DNA of 64,000 nt, taken from NCBI GenBank assembly GCA_963839295.1, contig CAWIUK010000003.1, positions 66,407 to 130,406 of the forward strand. The letters run 5' to 3'. The notes under the pieces were generated by a model, which was not told the origin of the DNA, did not search any database, and was given only the letters and a program-made list of their open reading frames with translations. Both the position numbers and the translations under genes were made by a program. Shown one piece after another: positions 36,217-44,275 of this stretch (the stretch's first letter is position 1; each line of letters starts with the position of its first letter). Origin of the DNA: an uncultured Acidobacteriota bacterium (GTDB lineage: Bacteria > Acidobacteriota > Thermoanaerobaculia > UBA5066).

Positions 36217-36630
36217 TCAGCCGCGGCCGGCGGCCGCATCGCGCATCACGAGGCCGATCCGGTCGAACGCCGTGCTCCAGGCCGCCGCGTGAGCCTCGCT
36301 GAAGCTCTCGCCGAGCTGGACCCGCAGCGTCCTCACGAGCGCCTCGCGGAACGTCGCGAAGTGCGCGTCCGTCAGGCCGTACGGCGCGTGGCGGACGCCG
36401 AGGTCGCGGAGCGGCCGGTCGCCGGCGTGCGCGTCGTCGAGCCGGGCGACCGCGAGGCCGAGCGCGCTGACGAACATCGCGCCCTGTGCGTCGAGGTCCC
36501 CCTTGAAGAGCGGCTTGAGCGACGGGTCGAGCGTGAAGAGCGTCTCGTAGAACGCGCGGCCGACGCCTCTCGGGATGGGCCGGAGCCTCTCGAAGCTCTC
36601 CTTGACGAGCGCGATCTCGTCCCGCGTCAT
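36217..36630 (-). CDS. single-domain globin (sensor-type/bacterial hemoglobin-like)
   Basis: 137 aa from MTRDEIALVKESFERL (alternative ATGs at 36639 and 36642). Globin pattern FYETLFTLDPSLKPLFKGD...LGVRHAPYGLTDAHF (proximal His). Confidence 0.8.
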   Translation of the reverse strand: MTRDEIALVKESFERLRPIPRGVGRAFYETLFTLDPSLKPLFKGDLDAQGAMFVSALGLAVARLDDAHAGDRPLRDLGVRHAPYGLTDAHFATFREALVRTLRVQLGESFSEAHAAAWSTAFDRIGLVMRDAAAGRG

Positions 36631-36710
36631 GCACGGCATCATGCCACGGCAGAGGGGGCGCGTCCGGCGCGCCGCGCTAGACTCCTCCGCGGCGCGGGAG
36701 ACGCGCCCGC

Positions 36711-38255
36711 ATGACATTGCCGCGACTGATCCTCACGGGTGCGTCCGGTTTCGTGGGACGCCACCTCCTCGAGGCGCTCTGCGACGACTGGATCGTCTCC
36801 GGAATCGCCCGCCGCTCGCAGGCGCGCTGCGGCGCCCCCGTCCACCCGAACCTCTCCTGGTACCAGGTCGACATCGGGGACCGCGAGGCGCTCGCGGACG
36901 TCTTCGGAAAGATCAAGGGTGCGGGCGGCGCCGACGTCGTGGTCCACCTCGCGGCGCACTACGACTTCACGGGCGAGGAGCACCCGGAGTACTTCCGGAC
37001 GAACGTCGACGGCCTGAGAAACACGCTCGACCTGTCGGCGGACATCGGCGTCAGGCAGTTCTTCTTCTCGAGCTCCGTCGCGGCCTGCGAGCTACCGCCG
37101 CCCGGGCAGACCCTCGACGAGACGAGCCCGCCGGACGGCCGCCACATCTACGCCCAGACGAAACGCATCGGCGAGACCATGGTGGGCGGGTACAAGGACC
37201 GGTTCCTGCCGGTGATCGCGCGCTTCGCCGCGATGTTCTCGGACCAGTGCGAATACCCCCCGCTCTACATGTTCCTCGAGACGTGGCTCTCCGACGCGTG
37301 GAACCGCCGCGTCCTCGGCGGCCGCGGCGAGAGCGCGATCCCGTACCTCCACGTCTCGGACGCCGTCGCGTTTCTCGTGCGCCTCCTCGAGCGCCGGGAC
37401 GACTGGAAGCCCCGGGAAGTCCTCATCGCGAGCCCCGACGGCGCGACGAGCCACAACGAGCTCTTCGACGCGACGATGGCCCACGAGAGCCCGTCGCCGC
37501 CCGCGGCGATCCGCATGCCGAAGGTCCTGTGCGGCCCGGGGATGTGGGGGCGCGACCTCGCCGGGCGTCTCCTCGGGCACCGCCCGTTCGAACGCCCGTG
37601 GATGGCCGAGTACATCGACACGGTCATGGCGATCGACGCGTCGAAGACGCGCGCGCGAACGGGGTGGGCGCCGCGCCCCCGCCTCGAGATCCTCCGCCGC
37701 CTCCCGTTCCTCCTCGAGAACCGGCGGACGTATCCGCTCGACTGGCACCGGCTGAACCGCGCGGCGATGAAGACGGTCCACGTCCCGCAGAACCTGAGGC
37801 TCTACCAGCTCCTCGAGCGCCACCAGCCCGAGCTCGTCGAGGAGTACACGAAGGCGCTCCACGGCGCGGCGCTCCCCTCCTACCAGCGCGTGAGCGACGA
37901 GGACCACGAGTGGCACCACCGGATGATCCTCCGGCAGCTCATGAACGCCGTGCGGACGCAGGACCGCCACGTTCTCGTCGCGTACTGCGGCGACCTCGCC
38001 GAGCGCCGCTACCGGCAGGGGTTCAAGGTCGAGGAACTGTGCGGCGCCGTGTCGGCTCTCGACGGCGTCTGCACCGGCGTCCTCGCGCGCGATCCCGACG
38101 CGGCGGCGCTCGCGCAGGAGATCCTCGACGACGTCTCGACGCCGCTCAAGTGGGGCGTCGACCGCATCCAGGAAACGTACGAGTCGCTCGCCGCGGCCGA
38201 CGCGCGGCGGGCGCGCGCCGCCGGCGGCGTTCCGGCTTCAGCCTCGAGGAGCTGA
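36711..38255 (+). CDS. NAD(P)-dependent epimerase/dehydratase (SDR) fused to a C-terminal all-helical globin-like (RsbR-N-like) domain
   Basis: 514 aa. Rossmann LTGASGFVGRHL and YAQTK active-site motif. The last ~170 aa are helical with an RsbR-N-like pattern (inference only). Confidence 0.75.
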   Translation: MTLPRLILTGASGFVGRHLLEALCDDWIVSGIARRSQARCGAPVHPNLSWYQVDIGDREALADVFGKIKGAGGADVVVHLAAHYDFTGEEHPEYFRTNVDGLRNTLDLSADIGVRQFFFSSSVAACELPPPGQTLDETSPPDGRHIYAQTKRIGETMVGGYKDRFLPVIARFAAMFSDQCEYPPLYMFLETWLSDAWNRRVLGGRGESAIPYLHVSDAVAFLVRLLERRDDWKPREVLIASPDGATSHNELFDATMAHESPSPPAAIRMPKVLCGPGMWGRDLAGRLLGHRPFERPWMAEYIDTVMAIDASKTRARTGWAPRPRLEILRRLPFLLENRRTYPLDWHRLNRAAMKTVHVPQNLRLYQLLERHQPELVEEYTKALHGAALPSYQRVSDEDHEWHHRMILRQLMNAVRTQDRHVLVAYCGDLAERRYRQGFKVEELCGAVSALDGVCTGVLARDPDAAALAQEILDDVSTPLKWGVDRIQETYESLAAADARRARAAGGVPASASRS

Positions 38256-38633
38256 CACGCCCGCGCGCTCGGACTCGGCGCGGCGGTGGAGGGCCCAGAC
38301 GACGACGCCCATGAGCGCGTCTCCGGCCGCCGACGCGGGCACCATCCACGGCCCGCCGTCCACAGCGGTCATCGCGAGGAGGAAGACGACCGCGATCGCC
38401 TTCGTCGCGAGAAGAAACGTCACGCCGCCCGTCCGGTGATACTCGAGGAGATACCCGGCGGCGACGACGAAGTGGAAGACCCCCGCCTGACGTGCGAAGA
38501 AGAGCGGCGTGACCTCCGGCCAGCCGCCGAACGCGGCGCCCCACCGCGTCAGAAAGAGGAGGCCCACTCCGACCGCGACGCTGTGCAGTGCGACGAGGTG
38601 GACGACGAGGCGCTCGAGGCGCGTCGCGCTCAC
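38238..38633 (-). CDS. 4-TM membrane protein coupled to hybD, unknown function
   Basis: 131 aa from GTG 38633, which forms a GTGA overlap with the hybD stop. Four hydrophobic helices. The rest of the 264-aa track ORF overlaps hybD out of frame. Confidence 0.6.
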   Translation of the reverse strand: MSATRLERLVVHLVALHSVAVGVGLLFLTRWGAAFGGWPEVTPLFFARQAGVFHFVVAAGYLLEYHRTGGVTFLLATKAIAVVFLLAMTAVDGGPWMVPASAAGDALMGVVVWALHRRAESERAGVSAPRG

Positions 38634-39211
38634 ACGCGGACGGGCTCGGGGGCCGGGACGGGCTTGATCACGGGCATCTCCCACCACGGGAGAGGGACGG
38701 AAACGGCGTTCAGAGCGCGGCGGTGCACGTCGAACCCGCGTGCGAGGAGCTCGACGACGATCTCGTCGGCCGCGTTCGCGACGGCGTCCTGCAGCGCAGG
38801 CGTCAACCCCACTCCCGCCTCGACGGTATCGGGCACGACGCCCACGAGCGTCACGAAGGCCGGAGCCTCCCCCGCCATCTCGACGGCGAGGATCGCTTCC
38901 GTCACGCCGGGATCGTGCGGCGAGAGCCGCGGCTTGGGCCCGAACTTCACGAGCGCGTCGCGGTCGTAGAGCTTGATCGTGCCGGGTGCGGCCCCTGTCA
39001 GATTTACGGCGTCGACGAGGATGATCCCGCATGGGCCGGCGACGTAAGGAACGAGGTCGAGCCCCGGGGTCCCGACGTCGACGACGGAGACCTCGGGCGG
39101 GAACACATACGTCGCCTCGAGTCGGTGGATGACCCAGGGACCGAGCGCGTCGTCGCCCATGAGGACGTTGCCGAGGCCGAGGACGCGGACGAGCGGCGCG
39201 CCGGATTCCAT
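38630..39211 (-). CDS. hybD: [NiFe] hydrogenase maturation endopeptidase
   Basis: 193 aa. VLGLGNVLMGDDALG and DAV motifs of the HyaD/HybD protease family. Lies immediately downstream of the large subunit. Confidence 0.9.
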   Translation of the reverse strand: MESGAPLVRVLGLGNVLMGDDALGPWVIHRLEATYVFPPEVSVVDVGTPGLDLVPYVAGPCGIILVDAVNLTGAAPGTIKLYDRDALVKFGPKPRLSPHDPGVTEAILAVEMAGEAPAFVTLVGVVPDTVEAGVGLTPALQDAVANAADEIVVELLARGFDVHRRALNAVSVPLPWWEMPVIKPVPAPEPVRV

Positions 39212-39221
39212 GAACGTCTCC

Positions 39222-40919
39222 CTAGAGGGCCTTCACGCGGACGATCTCGTTCCCCTCGGGGTCGAGGGTGTGGATCGCGCACGCGATGCAGGGGTCGAAC
39301 GAGTGGATCGTGCGCAGGACCTCGAGCGGCTGCTCGGGGTTCGCGACGGGGTTGCCGATGAGCGCGGCCTCGTACGGCCCCATCTGGCCCTTCTCGTCGC
39401 GCGGGCCCGCGTTCCACGTCGAGGGGACGACGGCCTGGTAGTTGTCGATCTTGCCGTCCTTGATGACGATCCAGTGGGAGAGGACGCCGCGGGGCGCCTC
39501 GTGGAACCCGAATCCGCGCTGCTCGCCCTTCGGGAACACCGGCTCGTTGAAGATGGTCGTGTCGCCCTTGGCGATGTTGTCGACGAGCATCTTCCAGTGC
39601 CTGGCTCCGAGCTCGGCGAGGACGTTCGCGCGGATCATCCGGGCCGCATGACGGCCGAGCGTTCCGTGCAGGATCGCCGGCGAGAGCTTCGTCTTCGCGA
39701 TGGAGCCGGCCGTCTCGAGCGTCTTCGTCGCCCAGCGGACCGTGGGCTCGTGCTTCTGCGCGAAGCCGACGAGGACCTGCGCGAGCGGCCCGACCTGCAT
39801 GACCTTGCCGCCGAAGCGCGGGGCCTTGACCCAGGAGTACTTCCCGTTCTCGTCGAACTTCGTGTACTTCGGGTTCGTCTCGCCCTCGTACGGGTGCCGC
39901 GACGGGGCGCCCTCGTACCAGGCGTGCGCGATCGACTCCGTCACGTTGTCGCGGAAGTACGGATCCCCGAATGTCTTGATCTCCTTCATCGTCCCGAGGT
40001 CGCCGTCCATGATCGTGCCGCCCGGGAGGTCGAACTTCGTGCCCTTCGTGTCGAGCGGGAGGTCGGGAACCGCGAGGTAGTTCTTCACGCCGCCGCCGTA
40101 CGGCAGCCACTCCGCGTAGAGCGCGCCGACCGCGCAGACATCCGGGAAGTAGACCTGCTGGATGAAGGCCGTGATCTCGTCGAAGAGGTCCTTGACCATG
40201 AACAGCTTGTTCATGTTCAGCGTGGCCTCGTTGTCGAGGTTGATCGCGTTCGCGACGCCGCCGACCGCGAGGTTCTGGATGTTCGGCGTCTTGCTGCCGA
40301 GGATCGCGACGACCTTGTTGATCCGCCGCTGGTAGTCGAGAGCCTCGAGGTAGTGCGCGACGGCGAGGAGATTCACCTCGGGCGGGAGCTTCATCGCCGG
40401 GTGGCCCCAGTAGCCGTTCTGGAAGATGCCGAGCTGCCCCGCTTCGACGAAGCCCTTGAGCTTCGCCTGGACGGCGGCGAGCTTTTTCGTGTTGTTGTTC
40501 GGCCACGACGAGAGGCTCTCCGCGAGGGCGGAGGCCTTCGCGGGGTCGGCCTTGAGCGCCGAGACGACGTCGACCCAGTCGAGCGCCGACAGGTGGTAGA
40601 AGTGGACGATGTGGTCGTGCAGCGAGTGCGCGATCACGATCATGTTGCGAATGAGCTGGGCGTTCAGCGGGATCTCGAGGCCGAGCGCGTTCTCGACGGT
40701 GCGGACGGACGCGATCGCGTGCACCGTCGTGCAGACGCCGCAGAACCGCTGCGTGAAGAGCCACGCCTCGCGCGGGTCGCGTCCCTTCAGGATCGTCTCG
40801 ATCCCCCGGAACATCTGGCCCGAGGACCAGGCGTTCGTGACCTTGCCGCCGTTGACCTCCACGTCGATGCGGAGGTGGCCCTCGATGCGGGTGATCGGGT
40901 CGACGACGATGCGCGTCAT
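39222..40919 (-). CDS. hybC: [NiFe] hydrogenase large subunit (group 1, membrane-bound uptake type)
   Basis: 565 aa. N-terminal RIEGH and RFCGVCTTVH. C-terminal DPCIACAIH followed by a 15-aa extension (TLDPEGNEIVRVKAL) for proteolytic maturation. Confidence 0.95.
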   Translation of the reverse strand: MTRIVVDPITRIEGHLRIDVEVNGGKVTNAWSSGQMFRGIETILKGRDPREAWLFTQRFCGVCTTVHAIASVRTVENALGLEIPLNAQLIRNMIVIAHSLHDHIVHFYHLSALDWVDVVSALKADPAKASALAESLSSWPNNNTKKLAAVQAKLKGFVEAGQLGIFQNGYWGHPAMKLPPEVNLLAVAHYLEALDYQRRINKVVAILGSKTPNIQNLAVGGVANAINLDNEATLNMNKLFMVKDLFDEITAFIQQVYFPDVCAVGALYAEWLPYGGGVKNYLAVPDLPLDTKGTKFDLPGGTIMDGDLGTMKEIKTFGDPYFRDNVTESIAHAWYEGAPSRHPYEGETNPKYTKFDENGKYSWVKAPRFGGKVMQVGPLAQVLVGFAQKHEPTVRWATKTLETAGSIAKTKLSPAILHGTLGRHAARMIRANVLAELGARHWKMLVDNIAKGDTTIFNEPVFPKGEQRGFGFHEAPRGVLSHWIVIKDGKIDNYQAVVPSTWNAGPRDEKGQMGPYEAALIGNPVANPEQPLEVLRTIHSFDPCIACAIHTLDPEGNEIVRVKAL

Positions 40920-40922
40920 GGG

Positions 40923-42131
40923 TTACCTCACCTGGGACGCGGCGGCCGCGTGGGCCGGCGCCGCTCCCGTCAGAATCGGAAATCTCTTCACGAAGAACAC
41001 GTAGGCGAGGATCTCGATCGCGACGATGCCGACCGTCGCGAGGATCTCCGCCAGGCTCGGGAAGTACGCGTACTGCGCTCCGGGGCGGAACGCGACGATG
41101 AAGGTGTCGATGCGGTAGACCGTGCCCGCGAGGATCATGAGGAGCGCGGCGCGGAAGAGCGCGCCCGCGTCCGCGCGGCGCTCCGGCGAGGCGAGCAGGA
41201 CGGCCGGAACGACGATGAGCGCCATCTCGACGAGGAAGAGGAGGACGTAACCGTCCGGCCTCGCGAAGAACGAGAGCTTGCCGCGCAGGACGACGTCCAC
41301 GAGCCGGATCCCGGCCCATGCCCACAGGAACGGGACGACGACCTTGCCGAGGGCCGCGAGCATCTTCCCTTCGCGGGGGCGCCTGAAGGCGACGCTCGAG
41401 AGCGTGGACTCGAAGATGACGACCGCATAGCCCATCGCGAGGCACGAAATCAGGAAGAGGAGCGGGAGCAGCGGCGTCGACCAGAGGCCGTGGAGCTTCT
41501 TGCCCGAGAGGAGCATGAGCGTCCCGAGGGACGACTGGTGCATCGTCGGGAGAAGGAGCCCGAGGGCGATCACGAACGGGAGAGCCTTCTCGACGACCGG
41601 GAGGAAGCCGTCTCCGAGGGACTTCTTCAGACCCGCGGGGCCCCTCTTCCACGCCTCGAGGAACGACGGCGAGACCTCGACCCAGAGGACCGCGACGTAC
41701 GTCATGACACAGAGCGCGACCTCGAAGAGCGCCGAGCTCGTGTTCCAGTGGTTCACGTAGAGCGGGACCCGGTGGAGGAGCCAGGGACGGCCGACGTCGA
41801 GGAGGATCGAGACCGCCGCGAGCGAGTAGCCGAGCGCGCCCGTGAGGAGCGCGGGCCGCACGGCCGGGTGGAACTCGCCCTTGTTCAACACGTAGACGAG
41901 GAGCGCGATCGCGTAGCCGCCGCAGCCGAGCGCGGTGCCCGTCACGACGTCGAACGCGATCCAGAGGCCCCACGGGTAGCCGTCGTTCAGCGCCGTGGCG
42001 CCGCCGAGGCCGGCCGCGAAGCGGTAAATCATCGCGGCGACTCCGATCGCCGCGAGGACGACGAGTGCGCGCGTCCCCTTCGTCAGCACGGGGCCGCCGA
42101 GCGGGGCGGGGCGATGGAGGACGGCGCTCAT
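40923..42131 (-). CDS. hybB: hydrogenase integral membrane subunit (HybB/NrfD-like)
   Basis: 402 aa from ATG 42131 (ATGA overlap with the hybA stop). About 10 TM helices of NrfD/PsrC type. Confidence 0.85.
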   Translation of the reverse strand: MSAVLHRPAPLGGPVLTKGTRALVVLAAIGVAAMIYRFAAGLGGATALNDGYPWGLWIAFDVVTGTALGCGGYAIALLVYVLNKGEFHPAVRPALLTGALGYSLAAVSILLDVGRPWLLHRVPLYVNHWNTSSALFEVALCVMTYVAVLWVEVSPSFLEAWKRGPAGLKKSLGDGFLPVVEKALPFVIALGLLLPTMHQSSLGTLMLLSGKKLHGLWSTPLLPLLFLISCLAMGYAVVIFESTLSSVAFRRPREGKMLAALGKVVVPFLWAWAGIRLVDVVLRGKLSFFARPDGYVLLFLVEMALIVVPAVLLASPERRADAGALFRAALLMILAGTVYRIDTFIVAFRPGAQYAYFPSLAEILATVGIVAIEILAYVFFVKRFPILTGAAPAHAAAASQVR

Positions 42132-43033
42132 GCGGCACCTCCGTCCTCGTCCTGCTTTTTCTTGTTGCGGAACACGACAGCACCGAGGACGGCGTAGAGG
42201 GCGATCGGGGCGATGAACCCCTGGTAGATGCCGTGCTGGATCGAGCGCGTCGCGTTCGCCTGCGAGGTCTCCTCGAGGGCGGGCAGGCCGAGCTTCTCGT
42301 ACGGGACGTGGGAGAGGACGAGACACTGCGTGCCGCCGCCGTCCGTCTCGCCGAAGACGCGCGGCGCGTCACCGTCCCTGAAGCCGCGGTAGCGGTCCGG
42401 GTGATCCGCGATGCGCTTCTTCGCCTCGGCGAGGAGAGCGTCGCGCGTGCCGAAGATCACGGCGTGCCGAGGGCAGACCTCGACGCAGCCGGGGAGCTTG
42501 CCTTCGGCGAGCCGGTGGTTGCAGAGCTCGCACTTGACCATGAGCGGGGCCTTCGAGGCCCACTCGAACTTCGGGATCTCGAACGGGCACGCGACCTGGC
42601 AGTACCGGCAGCCGGAGCAGTACTCCTGCTTGTACGTCACGATCCCCTTCTCGCGCTTCTGGAGGGCGCCGATCATGCAGGCGCCGACGCAGGCCGGGTC
42701 GACGCAGTGCATGCACTGCGCCTTGAAGTACGACCGCACGGGCGAGTCGGGGTCCTTGTAGAGCTTGATGACGTTCTTCGTCTGGCCGTTCAGGTCGAGC
42801 GGCGCGTCCCAGAGGCCGTTCGAGTTCGACGTGTCGGGCTTCTTGCCGTTCGCCTCGCGGCACGCGACGACGCAGGTCTTGCAGCCGATGCAGAGCGTCG
42901 TGTCGTACAGGAGGCCCACGGCGTCCGGCGGCGCGGTCTTCACCGCGCCCTCCGCCCCGCCCGCCGTCACGGCGACGGCCGCGGCCGCCGTCGCGGCGGC
43001 GCCCGTCAGGAGGCTGCGTCGGTCGAGGGTCAT
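42128..43033 (-). CDS. hybA: hydrogenase Fe-S subunit (HybA-like 4x[4Fe-4S] ferredoxin, TAT signal, C-terminal TM anchor)
   Basis: 301 aa. TAT signal MTLDRRSLLTGAA. CIGCKTCVVAC, CMHCVDPACV, CSGCRYCQVACP and CELCNHR cluster motifs. Confidence 0.9.
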   Translation of the reverse strand: MTLDRRSLLTGAAATAAAAVAVTAGGAEGAVKTAPPDAVGLLYDTTLCIGCKTCVVACREANGKKPDTSNSNGLWDAPLDLNGQTKNVIKLYKDPDSPVRSYFKAQCMHCVDPACVGACMIGALQKREKGIVTYKQEYCSGCRYCQVACPFEIPKFEWASKAPLMVKCELCNHRLAEGKLPGCVEVCPRHAVIFGTRDALLAEAKKRIADHPDRYRGFRDGDAPRVFGETDGGGTQCLVLSHVPYEKLGLPALEETSQANATRSIQHGIYQGFIAPIALYAVLGAVVFRNKKKQDEDGGAA

Positions 43034-43034
43034 C

Positions 43035-44171
43035 TCAGGCCTCCTTCCGGGGTTCCTTCGAAGGCCCTTCTTCGGTCGTCCCGAGCTTCTTCGACGCCGC
43101 CCAGCCCGCGCCGACGAGCGCGCCGACGACGAGTCCGCCGACGCCCGCCGCGACCGGGGCGGCCTTGCCCATCGGGGCGTGGAGCGGGGCGTACGTGTCG
43201 GGCGGCGTCGGCCGGTCGATGTCGACGGTGTCGTGGAGCGGCTTGCGGAACGCGAGCGCCTGCTCCGTGCAGCCGAAGCACGGATGCCCGATGCCGATCG
43301 GCCACGCGTCCGGAACCTCCGCGAACGGGAGGACGGAGCAGTTCGCGTGCGTCGCCGGGCCCTTGCAGCCGGTCTTGTAGAGGCACCAGCCCTGCCTGTG
43401 CCCCTCGTCGCCGAACTTCTGGACGAAGCGGCCGGCGTCGAAATGCGCGCGGCGCGGGCAGTGCTCGTGGATCGTGCGGCCGTAGGCGAATTTCGGCCGG
43501 CCCTTCTCGTCGAGCGCCGGGAGCGTCCCGAGCGTCGCGAACTGCAGGACCGTGCCGAGCAGGTTGTACGGGTTCGCGGGGCAGCCGGGGATCGTGACGA
43601 CCGTCTTGCCCTTGAGGATCATCGGGGCGCCGGTCGCGCCGGTCGGGTTGGGGTCGGCGGACGGAATGCCGCCCCACGACGCGCACGAGCCGATCGCGAT
43701 GATCGCGCCCGCCTTGCCGGCGACGTCGTTCAGGATGTCGACGGCCGTGCGTCCGGCGACCTGGCAGTAGATGCCGTTCTCCTTCGTCGGAATCGCGCCC
43801 TCGACGACGAGGACGTACTTGCCCTCGTGCTCCTTCATGGCCTTCTTCAGCGCGTCCTCGGCCTGGTGGCCGGCGGCGGCGAAGAGGGTCTCGTGGTAAT
43901 CGAGGGAGATGAGGTCGAGGATCAGCTCCGCGACGTCCGGGTGCGAGGTGCGGAGGAGCGACTCCGTGCACCCGGTGCACTCCTGGAAGTGGAGCCAGAT
44001 CACCGACGGCTTCACGCCCTTGACGGCCGCTTCGGCGATCTGCGCGGAGAGCGCCGCCGGGAGCCCGACGGCGGCGCCCGCCATGAGCGCGACCTTCACG
44101 AAATCGCGCCGGTTCTGTCCTTCATCGTCGACGTGGAGCGGCTCGAGTCCGCTTGTTCCGTCAAGGTACAT
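43035..44171 (-). CDS. hybO: [NiFe] hydrogenase small subunit (TAT signal, C-terminal TM anchor)
   Basis: 378 aa. NRRDFVKVALMAGA twin-arginine signal. ECTGCTES proximal cluster motif. C-terminal hydrophobic anchor. Confidence 0.95.
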   Translation of the reverse strand: MYLDGTSGLEPLHVDDEGQNRRDFVKVALMAGAAVGLPAALSAQIAEAAVKGVKPSVIWLHFQECTGCTESLLRTSHPDVAELILDLISLDYHETLFAAAGHQAEDALKKAMKEHEGKYVLVVEGAIPTKENGIYCQVAGRTAVDILNDVAGKAGAIIAIGSCASWGGIPSADPNPTGATGAPMILKGKTVVTIPGCPANPYNLLGTVLQFATLGTLPALDEKGRPKFAYGRTIHEHCPRRAHFDAGRFVQKFGDEGHRQGWCLYKTGCKGPATHANCSVLPFAEVPDAWPIGIGHPCFGCTEQALAFRKPLHDTVDIDRPTPPDTYAPLHAPMGKAAPVAAGVGGLVVGALVGAGWAASKKLGTTEEGPSKEPRKEA

Positions 44172-44275
44172 GTGACCTCCGCGCTGTTAAAGCGCTATCA
44201 AGCCCCTCTTGCGCGCGTGTTTGCATCGTGCAGATGAATCATTCGGAATTCCTTCGAAGGCATACAGTCGGCGGC

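Noticed and set aside
44172-44275. Search for sigma-54 (-24/-12), NikR- or FNR-type sites in the hybO/hypF divergent region, and upstream of 35893 and the globin gene
   Set aside because: There are only chance GG-N10-GC matches and no TGGCAC-N5-TTGC-like element. A short AGCGC-TTTAAC-AGCGC palindrome near the hybO RBS is too weak to call.
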